Source: Bdellovibrionota bacterium FG-2
GTDB taxonomy: Bacteria; Bdellovibrionota; UBA1018
Assembly: GCA_051382305.1 (NCBI GenBank)
Contig: JBBCAV010000139.1
Location: 1-25,626, forward strand
Direction of reading: 5' to 3'
DNA: 25,626 bases
Shown here: positions 8,599 through 17,631 of the stretch, piece by piece
Layout of the letters: every line of letters starts with the position of its first letter
How positions within the stretch are numbered: position 1 is the first letter of the stretch
Notes under the pieces: model-generated
What the model saw: only the letters and a program-made list of their open reading frames with translations
Database searches by the model: none
Told to the model about the DNA's origin: nothing
Made by a program: the position numbers and the translations under genes

Positions 8599-9915
8599 AT
8601 GCGTAAAGCGTTTATGCTCGACACCAATGTGCTGCTTTTTGATCCGCAGGCGATTAATAAATTTGGCAACAACGATATTGTGATTCCGATCGTCGTGTTC
8701 GAGGAGATTGACCGCTTTAAAAGGGATATGAGTGAAAACGGCCGCCATGCGCGACTCTTTTCGCGGATTATTGATGAAATGCGGGCCGATGGAGAATTGT
8801 CCAAAGGCGTGAAGCTTTCCAATGGCGGCTTGCTTTGGGTGGAGCTTGGCACTGGGCAGCCCATCTCGATGGATCTTCCGCTGGACAAAGCGGATAATCG
8901 GATGCTCTCGATTGCGATGGGCTTGAAAAAAGATCAGCCCAAACGTCCGGTCGTGTTTGTCACGAAAGACATTAATCTGCGGATCAAAGCTGATGCGCTT
9001 GGGATTACGGCAGTGGATTATGAGCCCTCAAGTGTTGAGCCTGACGATCTTTATTCGGGCGAAGCGATTCTTAATGTTGAGGCGAGTCTGGTGGATGAGT
9101 TTTATCAAAACAAACGTTTGGTCTATAAAGATACTCTCTTGCGGCCCAATCAATATGTGATTCTCAAGGACTCGGCTAACCCCAATCATACTGCGATGGG
9201 ACGGTTTTCGAAAGAACTGGATTGTCTGGTTCCGATCTTTAAGCCCGTTGAAGGATTGTGGGGGATTTTCCCTAAGAACGCAGAGCAAGCCTTTGCCATT
9301 GATGCGCTTTTAAACGACGAGATTAAATTGGTGAGTCTGGTTGGAAAGGCCGGGACCGGGAAAACCCTTTTGGCGATCGCTGCAGGTCTGGCCAAGACCG
9401 TGGATGAGGGCGTGTTTCACAGACTTTTAGTGTCCCGCCCCGTGTTTCCGTTGGGTAAGGATATTGGGTTTTTGCCGGGATCACTTGAAGAAAAGCTCAA
9501 TCCATGGATGCAGCCTATATATGACAACATTGACTTTTTGTTCGGCAACACCGGCGCCAAAGGCCGCCGTGGGGCAGGGAAGGGGTGTCAGGAATTGATC
9601 AATCAAGGGCTGCTGCAAATTGAGCCGCTGACTTACATTCGCGGACGATCGATTCCGCAACAGTATCTCATTGTCGATGAGTCCCAAAATCTCACGCCTC
9701 ATGAGATCAAAACCATCGTCACGCGGGCCGGGGATGACACGAAGATCGTGCTCACGGGGGATAGTTTTCAGATTGATAACCCTTACGTGGACTCCGCGAA
9801 TAACGGCTTGGTCTATCTCGTCGATCGGTTCAAAGACGAGGCGATTTCAGCCCATATTACGCTGACCAAGGGTGAGCGCTCGAAGCTCTCGGAGCTTGCG
9901 AGTAACTTGCTCTAG
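8599..9915 (+). CDS. PIN-PhoH family protein (PhoH2/YlaK-like RNase-ATPase)
   Basis: PIN motifs LDTNVLL and VTKDINLRIKA, Walker A GKAGTGKT, YIRGRS, DESQN, GDSFQID. RBS AAGGAG. Confidence 0.92.
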   Translation: MRKAFMLDTNVLLFDPQAINKFGNNDIVIPIVVFEEIDRFKRDMSENGRHARLFSRIIDEMRADGELSKGVKLSNGGLLWVELGTGQPISMDLPLDKADNRMLSIAMGLKKDQPKRPVVFVTKDINLRIKADALGITAVDYEPSSVEPDDLYSGEAILNVEASLVDEFYQNKRLVYKDTLLRPNQYVILKDSANPNHTAMGRFSKELDCLVPIFKPVEGLWGIFPKNAEQAFAIDALLNDEIKLVSLVGKAGTGKTLLAIAAGLAKTVDEGVFHRLLVSRPVFPLGKDIGFLPGSLEEKLNPWMQPIYDNIDFLFGNTGAKGRRGAGKGCQELINQGLLQIEPLTYIRGRSIPQQYLIVDESQNLTPHEIKTIVTRAGDDTKIVLTGDSFQIDNPYVDSANNGLVYLVDRFKDEAISAHITLTKGERSKLSELASNLL

Positions 9916-9925
9916 GCCGTTGGCT

Positions 9926-10252
9926 TTAGTCAGCGCGTTTTCTTAGTGGGTTTTTGAGATAGTCATCAAGCTCGCACTCCAAGTGCCTTCGGTAGGCGCG
10001 GGTGAGGAGCCTGAGTTCCCGGGTTTCGGCAGTGTCTTCGAGCGACTTGAAGAGGACTTTGCCACGAACCATCATCGAAGGCGTGAGCTCTCCGAGACGA
10101 GTACGTTCTTCTTGAAACCTGACCATTTCTTCAAGAAGTTGAAACTTGTCCATTCCAAGAACTCGGGCTTCATAAGCCGCGTCTTCATTGTGGGAGGCCT
10201 TGATGTTTTTAAGGGCCAAGATGGAAACAACATTTGATGTTTGGTTGCTCAT
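9926..10252 (-). CDS. Small helical hypothetical protein
   Basis: 108-aa ORF with protein-like composition, convergent on PIN-PhoH and preceded by a consensus sigma-54 site. Confidence 0.7.
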   Translation of the reverse strand: MSNQTSNVVSILALKNIKASHNEDAAYEARVLGMDKFQLLEEMVRFQEERTRLGELTPSMMVRGKVLFKSLEDTAETRELRLLTRAYRRHLECELDDYLKNPLRKRAD

Positions 10253-10267
10253 ACGGGAGGCGACTTA

Positions 10268-10283
10268 AGCAAGTGCGGTGCCA
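10268..10283 (-). promoter_or_regulatory. Sigma-54 (-24/-12) promoter
   Basis: Minus strand reads TGGCAC-CGCAC-TTGCT, a perfect TGGCAC-N5-TTGCW match, 15 nt before ATG 10252. Confidence 0.8.
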
Positions 10284-10394
10284 TCGCGGGAATCTTTGAA
10301 CTGACGGGATTTTCCTGAATGATACCGTGCGTGGTGTCATGGTGCGCCTGCAGAAGAAGTGAGCAGAGTGTGTGACGGGCAGACAGTGGCAGGG

Positions 10395-10937
10395 CTACTC
10401 AAGCCAATTTTGGCTTAGGAGTTTCTCATCGGCTCTTAAAAGCCCGGATCCCTCAAGATAGCTCCTCATCTTTATATTGCAGGCGACAATTTTCTCCCGC
10501 GCGCCTTCAAACGGAAAACTATCCAGATATTGCTTAATGTCGAAATGATAAATACGGGGATGTTTTTTGATGTCATAAATAGGGAGCAGCCAGTAGTGCA
10601 CATTGCTCCCTAGCTTCGCTCTTTCTTCGTAGTACAGGTGGATGTGCTCAATTCCTAACGTTTCCCTCATGCCTTTTCTGACCTCCTGAAGAATGAGGAA
10701 AAGACGCAAATGAGTGAGTCGATCCATTTGATCAAGGGATTTGAAATAGGAGGTGGGCGATACAATATAGAATCCCGGAACGGGATGGGAGGAGTCCTGT
10801 CGGACGCATAGACCCTGGTTTTTATAGATAGGGTGCATACTCTCATCGAGGGTGTTTTCGTGTTGTTCGATAAAGAGGGGGCGGGGCGTTGGAGGTTCAG
10901 GAATTTCATCTGCAGAAGAAACGTCGATGTATTTCAT
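10395..10937 (-). CDS. HIT-like nucleotide hydrolase with a degenerate histidine triad
   Basis: PIY...VRQD..HPVPGFYIV and R..MRETLGI...YEE...NVHYWLLP follow the HIT-family pattern. The triad position reads NxHxW. Starts 3 nt after the argS stop. Confidence 0.6.
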   Translation of the reverse strand: MKYIDVSSADEIPEPPTPRPLFIEQHENTLDESMHPIYKNQGLCVRQDSSHPVPGFYIVSPTSYFKSLDQMDRLTHLRLFLILQEVRKGMRETLGIEHIHLYYEERAKLGSNVHYWLLPIYDIKKHPRIYHFDIKQYLDSFPFEGAREKIVACNIKMRSYLEGSGLLRADEKLLSQNWLE

Positions 10938-10940
10938 AAT

Positions 10941-12686
10941 TTACAGGCGGTTAGGACTCGGAATTCCCAAGATCGCTAATCCTTCTTTGAGGGTTGCCGC
11001 CGTCAACTCAACCAATTTGAGGCGGGTATTTTTTTGAGCATTGGACGAAGCCGTCTTGATTGGACACTCTTTGTAGAATCGATTGAACGTTTTGCTGAGG
11101 TCAAAGAGATAGGAGCAAAGTACCGAGGGGCGGTACTCCTTGCGCGCACTGGCTACGGCATCAGTAAATCTTTCAATCATGAGAGCGAGTTCATGATCAA
11201 AGGGCGTCGCAAATTCAAGGGGCGTATCTTCAGGATCCATTGGGACTTTTTGCAAAACACCACGACAGCGCGCATGGACATACTGCAGGTAAGGTCCGGT
11301 GTCTCCTTCGAGTTGGATCCATTCATCCAAAACAAACCGAATGATACGATTGGAGTCCACCTTTAGGAATCCGTATTTCAACGCCCCCAGCGCGATATCC
11401 CGAGCGGTCGCATCGATTTCGGACTGAGCCCAATCACCCTGGTGGACATTTAAATAGCGCTCTTTAATCGTTTGCTCCATCATCCGCGCAAGAACCTCAA
11501 GCCGAAATCCCGTACGACCTCGCGAGCTACAAGGCTCGCCCTTTTCATCTGTGACAGTTTCATAGGAGAGATGTAGGGAATCGTCTGCACTTCGCAAACC
11601 GATGAGTTCAGCTGTCTTGAAAAGCTGCTTAAAATGGAGCGTTTGACGAACATCGACGACCAGAATTGAAAGCATGACTTCGGGATTCTCAAATTTCCGT
11701 TTGAGGAGTTCAAGGTCCTTGGTCAAATACAGTGTTGTTCCGTTTGATTTTAAAAACATGGCAAAGCCAAGTCCGAATGCCGAAAGATCTGCGCCGATGG
11801 CGCCGTCACTCTTGATGAGTTTGCCTTCTTCAAAGTTTTTGAGGACAATCTCGCGGGACGGGGTATTGCATTCGCTCTCGAAGTACCAAACATCAAACTC
11901 GATTCCGAGCCAGTTCAGAATTTCGCGCATGAGCGAAAGCGAGGCTTCTCGGGTTTTCTGGTAGAGCGGGAAAAAAGAACCGCCGCCTTGCTCCAGCTCG
12001 TGAAGGATCGTTCCCATTTCGGCTTTAAAGGTCGCTTCATCCGGCGTATTGGCTTGGCTTTTTAAAAAGGCGTCTGCCTCGCCATACATATTTCCCAACC
12101 ATTCCGCGAGGTCTTTATCCGGGATCTCGGTTGCCTTAAAACGCTGAATGTACCACAGAACTTTAGCGATGTGGGTACCCATATCGCCCGGATAGATCGC
12201 ACGAACAACCGGGTTGCCGGAGGCTTCAACAATGCGGGCAATGCAATCGCCAAAAACGATGTTTCGGAGATGGCCGACATGGTAGGCTTTGTGCGTGTTG
12301 AGTTGAGAATACTCGATGATCACTTTTTTTGCGTCGACGGGGATGGGCGGCAGAAACGGCCCATTCTTGAGTTTGGTAAGTTGAACTGCCGTGAGGTGGC
12401 TGAGATCAGACACAAAATTTACATACCCAGCGGCTGCTTCGATTTTAGGAAAAAGATCGGTTTTTAAGATCTGAGCTGTCAGCTGAGCTGCGATCTGTTG
12501 GGGGGCTCTACGCAGAATCTTGGAAAGGGAATGACAGGGAAAAGCGACATGCCCGAGTTCCGTATTGGGCGGGTAAGTCAAAAGTCCCAACAGCGGAGTT
12601 AAGGCTGTATCATCCAAATTGAAAGAGGTCTTCAGTCCCTGAGTGAGCAGAATTTCCGCTTGTGCCTTTAAATAACTTTGAACCAT
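10941..12686 (-). CDS. argS: Arginine--tRNA ligase, divergent and possibly a second copy
   Basis: IEYSQLNTHKAYHVGHLRN (HIGH region), KSNGTTLYLTKDL, GDTGPYLQYVHAR and a DALR anticodon domain (FNRFY...RLKL...GLAILGI). Confidence 0.92.
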   Translation of the reverse strand: MVQSYLKAQAEILLTQGLKTSFNLDDTALTPLLGLLTYPPNTELGHVAFPCHSLSKILRRAPQQIAAQLTAQILKTDLFPKIEAAAGYVNFVSDLSHLTAVQLTKLKNGPFLPPIPVDAKKVIIEYSQLNTHKAYHVGHLRNIVFGDCIARIVEASGNPVVRAIYPGDMGTHIAKVLWYIQRFKATEIPDKDLAEWLGNMYGEADAFLKSQANTPDEATFKAEMGTILHELEQGGGSFFPLYQKTREASLSLMREILNWLGIEFDVWYFESECNTPSREIVLKNFEEGKLIKSDGAIGADLSAFGLGFAMFLKSNGTTLYLTKDLELLKRKFENPEVMLSILVVDVRQTLHFKQLFKTAELIGLRSADDSLHLSYETVTDEKGEPCSSRGRTGFRLEVLARMMEQTIKERYLNVHQGDWAQSEIDATARDIALGALKYGFLKVDSNRIIRFVLDEWIQLEGDTGPYLQYVHARCRGVLQKVPMDPEDTPLEFATPFDHELALMIERFTDAVASARKEYRPSVLCSYLFDLSKTFNRFYKECPIKTASSNAQKNTRLKLVELTAATLKEGLAILGIPSPNRL

Positions 12687-12689
12687 TTT

Positions 12690-13661
12690 TCAATTTCCTT
12701 TCAAACTTGCTATAGGATTTATACTGCCCGAAGCGAAGGCCGTTTTAAAGTGATTCATAAAAAATATTCCGAACGTCAGAGCGCCCAAAAAACAAAATCC
12801 ACTGAGAAGCAGATAAGTTGACGAATACCCTTGGTGGTCGATCGAGAGACCGACCGCAGGTCCGCAAAGTGCGGCAAAAGCACGCACACATACGCTTGCA
12901 GTAGAGTTTACCGTCGCCCGTAAGTGACCTGGAATTTTTGAATTGAGCATATCCTGCATTAAGATCGAGTTAAGGGCACGGCTGGCTGGAAAAATGAGCG
13001 CCAGGGCGGCCACTGCAGGGGAGGCGATACAGCCCATGAGGAAATATCCCAAGATGGGCAAGCAAACGACTCCAATCATCGTCCGATAGGTCCCTAGCCT
13101 GACTGCAATCTTAGAGGCGTTCTTGCCCACCATCGCGCCTGTGAGACTGATTGCTGCCCAAAGAATGCCGAAAAGCCCCTTGGACACTCCGATGTGTTGC
13201 CAGTGACCCTGAAAAGACCAGACTGCAGCGTAAGTCGTGAAGCTTACGAACATAAAGAACGGCAGAAGAAATGCCGTTCCTGTATCTTTATTGAAAAGTA
13301 GTCCGAAGACGCTTTTGAAATGGGGACTTCCCTTCTGGGCTCCTGTCGCTTTTCGCTTGGGCTCTATGAGAGATAAAGCAATAAAAAAGGGAACCCATCC
13401 AAAGACTGCATTCAAGGCAGCCGGCAGGGAGAGTGAAACGGTAGCAAGGAGTCCGCCCAAAACTGCGGCAACGGTTTCCCCCGCTTGGGTATAAAAGAAT
13501 TTTTTTGCCAAAATCTCCCGGAAAAATCCTTGGCGGTTTTCATTCCTCTCCTCAGCTTCAAACGAATCATAGATCATGGCGACGTCGCATCCCGAGGAGA
13601 AGCTCACAGCAAGGGCTGAGAGAATCTCAAAGACGGCAAAGGCTGCGCGGGCGAAGATTTT
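12690..13661 (-). pseudogene. MFS transporter lacking its N-terminal helices
   Basis: The frame is open to a TAA at 13664-13662 and begins at FAVFEILSALAVSFSSGCDVAMIYDS, a TM4-type MFS motif. The C-terminal IPGHLRATVNS motif is intact. About 320 aa versus about 400 for a full MFS. Confidence 0.7.
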
Positions 13662-13667
13662 TTAAAA

Positions 13668-14152
13668 GTGATTGCGCAGGATCTTTTAGTTAAGGGCGGA
13701 CAAGTAGAGGCGCCCGCCTATTATATGGCAAATCTCGTGCCGCTTCATATTGGGGCAATCACGCCGCGGACGCAGCGGCTCACGGTTGGCGCCAACCTAG
13801 AAAACCCAAAGTGGAATCACGAACCCAAAGATCGCAGCGCGTGCTACAAAGCGGCCCGAGAAAAAGAAGAGGCGGCGGAGAAACTGCTTGTGGACAAAAT
13901 GCATTGTAACGCTGAAACGGCTAAAATCGTCCAAGCGCTAATTCCCCGTTTCGGTGAGGCGACCAAACAGGAGTTAACACAGCTTGATCGAAGCGGTACC
14001 ACCCCAGAGCATCTAAAGCGCGCGCCTCAAGCAAATATCTCGAAGAACTCCAAGCGACGCAAGAAAAGTTTCTTGCGTCCTATAAAAAGCAAGGATGCAC
14101 AAAGAACGCACCTCAGAGCGCGCCCAATAGTGGGGCGGGAGTGGCTAGATGA
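13668..14152 (+). pseudogene. Fragment of a hypothetical gene, probably 5'-truncated and frameshifted
   Basis: No RBS or promoter space. An alternative frame open over 13988-14152 gives SSKYLEELQATQEKFLASYKKQGC...GAGVAR* and ends in an ATGA overlap with the next gene. Confidence 0.5.
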
Positions 14153-14745
14153 ATTACTTTAGGATGATAATCATTGCCGCCTTTTTTTGTTTAGAGCAGG
14201 CGAGTAGTTCTTTGGCCGCAGATCAATGTGTCGGTAAAGAGTTCGATGAATATATTTTGAAAACATCAGGAATTGCTTTTAGTACTTTATGTGAGGCGGT
14301 TCTGAATCATGCTCAAGATAAACAGCAAATGAGTCAAACCATTGGAAAAGCCCGAAGTCTAGGGTTTGCCGGCGCCAAGGCAGCTTTACTTCGCGAAATC
14401 TCAACCGTCTCGACCCGTTGCAAGAATGAAGTCGTGACGAAAGACCGAGAAGATTGTGAGAAGGAGTTGGAAATTTTTCTGGGAGATTTCAAAAGACTTG
14501 AGAAGTTGGATAGCACTTGGGGATCGAAACTGTCGTTGAATGATCGTCTTTATTTGTCAACGGTGACTCTCTATTATTCTCTCCTGAAACCTGCACTTTC
14601 AGAGCGGCATTCTAATTATCTTTTACGGTGTCAACTGAAGTACACTGAGCAATGTGCGGGAATATTGAATGACCTAGCGCTCAATGGCCAGCAAGTTCTG
14701 CAGCTCGTGCGGGTGAGTCGTATCAATGCTGACATGACCCAGTAG
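14149..14745 (+). CDS. Secreted helical hypothetical protein
   Basis: 198 aa with a Sec-type signal (…SSSLA/ADQC) and 6 Cys in the mature part. Confidence 0.65.
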   Translation: MNYFRMIIIAAFFCLEQASSSLAADQCVGKEFDEYILKTSGIAFSTLCEAVLNHAQDKQQMSQTIGKARSLGFAGAKAALLREISTVSTRCKNEVVTKDREDCEKELEIFLGDFKRLEKLDSTWGSKLSLNDRLYLSTVTLYYSLLKPALSERHSNYLLRCQLKYTEQCAGILNDLALNGQQVLQLVRVSRINADMTQ

Positions 14746-14857
14746 GCGAAGCGCCCTTGTGTGTTGCGTTATACTGTGTTTCGCTTACTCGCATCTCACG
14801 CATAAATCTCCCATCCCCCTTGTACCCGCAGTCTTTTCGCGGCATAACTGGAGGTCT

Positions 14858-17626
14858 ATGAAAAGTCTTCCGAAAAGGCCTTTGGACGCCTCCTATACCC
14901 CTGCCGGTTTTGAAACCGAAATCTACAACTTCTGGAATGAAAACGGATGCTTCCACGCCCAAGACGTCAATACCCCAGGGCAAAAGAGTTTCGCCATGGT
15001 GATCCCACCTCCTAACGTCACGGGTGTCCTTCATATGGGACATGCGCTGACGAACACGATTCAGGACATTCTGGTCCGGTGGCATCGGATGAAGGGCGAC
15101 AATACGCTTTGGCTCCCCGGCACCGACCACGCTGGGATTGCGACTCAAGCTCAGGTTGAAAAGCAAATCGCCAAAGAGGGCAAGGGTCCCACGGGTAAGC
15201 CGCTTACTCGTCACGATATGGGTCGCAAGGCGTTCTTAGAGCGCACCTGGAAATGGAAAGAAGAGCACGGCTCAATCATCACAAACCAGCTCAAGCGTCT
15301 CGGCTCGTCTCTTGATTGGCCGCGAGAGCGTTTCACGATGGATGAGGGTTTATCATCTGCCGTTCGTGAAGTGTTTGTGCGCCTCTATGAAGAAGGGCTG
15401 ATCTACCGAGGCGAACGCATCATTAATTGGTGCACTCGTTGTCGGACGGCGCTCTCGGATCTTGAAGTGATTCCGACGGATCGTAAGGGGAATTTCTGGC
15501 ATCTCATTTATAAAATCGTCGAAAAAGATGGCGCCCCCGTCAAGTCCGCAGACGGATCGCAGGTCCAGCTTGTGATTGCCACGACTCGTCCCGAAACCCT
15601 TCTTGGAGATACGGCTGTAGCGGTTCATCCAGAAGATGAGCGCTATACTTCTCTTCATGGAAAATTCGCCGTATTGCCGCTGTTGGGGCGTATGATTCCG
15701 GTGATCACCGATGAGTATGTGGATCGGGAGTTTGGAAGTGGCGCCCTTAAGATCACGCCGGCCCATGATTTCAACGACTATGAACTAGGAAAAAAACATA
15801 GTCTCCCCATGATCTCGGTCATGGGAAAAGACGGTGTGATCACGTCTGACGGCGGGCCGTACGCGGGTCTCAAATTCAAAGACGCGCGCGAAAAGGTGGT
15901 GGAGGATCTCAAGACGCAAGCGCTCCTCGTTAAAGTCGAAGATCACGCTCACAAAATCGGTCTTTGTCAGCGCTGCGAACATGTGGCGGAGCCTGTGATT
16001 TCAAAGCAGTGGTTCGTGAAAATTGCGCCACTTGCGAAGCCCGCGATTGAGGCCGTCGAGACCGGGAAAACCGTTTTCAGTCCCAAGAGCTGGGAAAAAA
16101 CCTACTTTGAGTGGATGTACAATATCCGCGATTGGTGTATCTCGCGCCAGCTTTGGTGGGGGCATCAGATTCCGGCTTGGTACTGCAGTAAGTGCGAGGC
16201 GATCACCGTTTCGCGCGAAACGCCGGGCAAGTGCACAAACTGTAGCGCTACAGGCTTGATTCAAGACGAAGACGTTTTGGATACGTGGTTTAGTTCGGCG
16301 CTTTGGCCCTTTTCTACATTGGGTTGGCCGGAGAAGACAGATACGCTCAAAACCTTTTACCCGACTTCAATTCTTGAAACCGGTTTTGACATTATTTTCT
16401 TCTGGGTTGCGCGGATGATGATGATGGGCATCCACTTCATGGGGGAAGTGCCCTTTCACAAGATTTACCTCCACGCCATGGTTCGGGATGAAAAGGGCGA
16501 GAAGATGTCCAAATCCAAGGGCAATGTGATTGATCCCTTGGTCTTAATCGATCAACACGGGGCAGACGCCTTGCGCTTCACTTTGGCCGTGATGGCGGGC
16601 CAGGGACGCGACATTAAGCTCTCCGTAGATCGGGTCGAGGGTTATCGCGCCTTTTGTAACAAGCTATGGAATGCCGTGAAGTTTTTCCATTTCCAAATGG
16701 AAAACGCTGCCTCTGTAACGGCGCCGGACGAGGGTGTAGCGGCGTGGGTAGCGAAATATAGTGCCGAACTTTTGCCTCAAAATCGTTGGATACTTTCGCG
16801 TTTTCAAGATGCGATTATCAAGGTCGAAAAAGGGCTTGAAGGGTTTGAACTCAACGAGTCGGCGCAAGCTTTATATGATTTTACGTGGCGTGAAATGTGT
16901 GATTGGTACATCGAATTTTCGAAGCTTCCGCTCCGCGAAGCAGGCCCCTCTCGTAACGAAACTATGTGGGTCTTGCACTTTGTGCTTGAGCAGCTTTTGA
17001 AACTCATGCATCCGTTTATGCCGTTTGTGACTGAAGAACTTTGGCAAAGTTTGCCTTGGAGGGCAGTCCGCCAGGACAGATCCCAACCCCTCACGCTGAT
17101 GCTCGAATCCTTTCCCGTTTTTGATCCAGCTTTTAAGGACGAAAAAATGGAAGCCCAGATCGAAGGCGTGAAGCACGTGATCGAAGCGGTGCGCAACTTC
17201 CGTGGGGAAAACAACATTTCGCCAAAAATCGAGTTTCCAGTGCGCTATACTCGGGCCTCTAAAGAAGCGCTCGAGCTTTTTGCGAGATATCGAGGCGATA
17301 TCTTGGCGCTCGCGCGTATTCAAGGACTTGAGGAGGACAAAGAGAACTCCGTCGCTGGTGTTTCGATTATTCCCCTGGCTTTGCCGTCCGTGGAGTTTCA
17401 CATCAGTCTCAAAGGCTTAGTCGACTTTGAGGAAGAAGCGAAGCGCCTGAGAAAAGAAATTGAAAAAGTAGATGCAGATATTGGCCATGTCTCGCGAAAA
17501 TTGGCGCAAGAGTCGTTCATCGCTAAGGCGCCTAAAGAGCTAATTGAGAAAGAGCGAAAGAAGATTGCCGATTTTGAGTCCAAGAAGGTCGAACTAGGAG
17601 CTGCGCTTAAGCGGCTTGAGGTTTAA
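14858..17626 (+). CDS. valS: Valine--tRNA ligase
   Basis: PPPNVTGVLHMGH, ATTRPET, DWCISRQLWWGH, KMSKSKGN and a C-terminal coiled coil. RBS GGAGG precedes ATG 14858. Confidence 0.98.
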   Translation: MKSLPKRPLDASYTPAGFETEIYNFWNENGCFHAQDVNTPGQKSFAMVIPPPNVTGVLHMGHALTNTIQDILVRWHRMKGDNTLWLPGTDHAGIATQAQVEKQIAKEGKGPTGKPLTRHDMGRKAFLERTWKWKEEHGSIITNQLKRLGSSLDWPRERFTMDEGLSSAVREVFVRLYEEGLIYRGERIINWCTRCRTALSDLEVIPTDRKGNFWHLIYKIVEKDGAPVKSADGSQVQLVIATTRPETLLGDTAVAVHPEDERYTSLHGKFAVLPLLGRMIPVITDEYVDREFGSGALKITPAHDFNDYELGKKHSLPMISVMGKDGVITSDGGPYAGLKFKDAREKVVEDLKTQALLVKVEDHAHKIGLCQRCEHVAEPVISKQWFVKIAPLAKPAIEAVETGKTVFSPKSWEKTYFEWMYNIRDWCISRQLWWGHQIPAWYCSKCEAITVSRETPGKCTNCSATGLIQDEDVLDTWFSSALWPFSTLGWPEKTDTLKTFYPTSILETGFDIIFFWVARMMMMGIHFMGEVPFHKIYLHAMVRDEKGEKMSKSKGNVIDPLVLIDQHGADALRFTLAVMAGQGRDIKLSVDRVEGYRAFCNKLWNAVKFFHFQMENAASVTAPDEGVAAWVAKYSAELLPQNRWILSRFQDAIIKVEKGLEGFELNESAQALYDFTWREMCDWYIEFSKLPLREAGPSRNETMWVLHFVLEQLLKLMHPFMPFVTEELWQSLPWRAVRQDRSQPLTLMLESFPVFDPAFKDEKMEAQIEGVKHVIEAVRNFRGENNISPKIEFPVRYTRASKEALELFARYRGDILALARIQGLEEDKENSVAGVSIIPLALPSVEFHISLKGLVDFEEEAKRLRKEIEKVDADIGHVSRKLAQESFIAKAPKELIEKERKKIADFESKKVELGAALKRLEV

Positions 17627-17631
17627 TCGTC

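Noticed and set aside
14759-14857. N-terminal extension of ValRS in the ORF track, and a possible T-box or attenuator
   Set aside because: A strong GGAGG precedes ATG 14858. The gap is about 110 nt and shows no T-box motif.
10284-14857. Mobile element or att-site boundaries around the accessory block
   Set aside because: No integrase, transposase, tRNA or flanking direct repeats were recognisable by eye.
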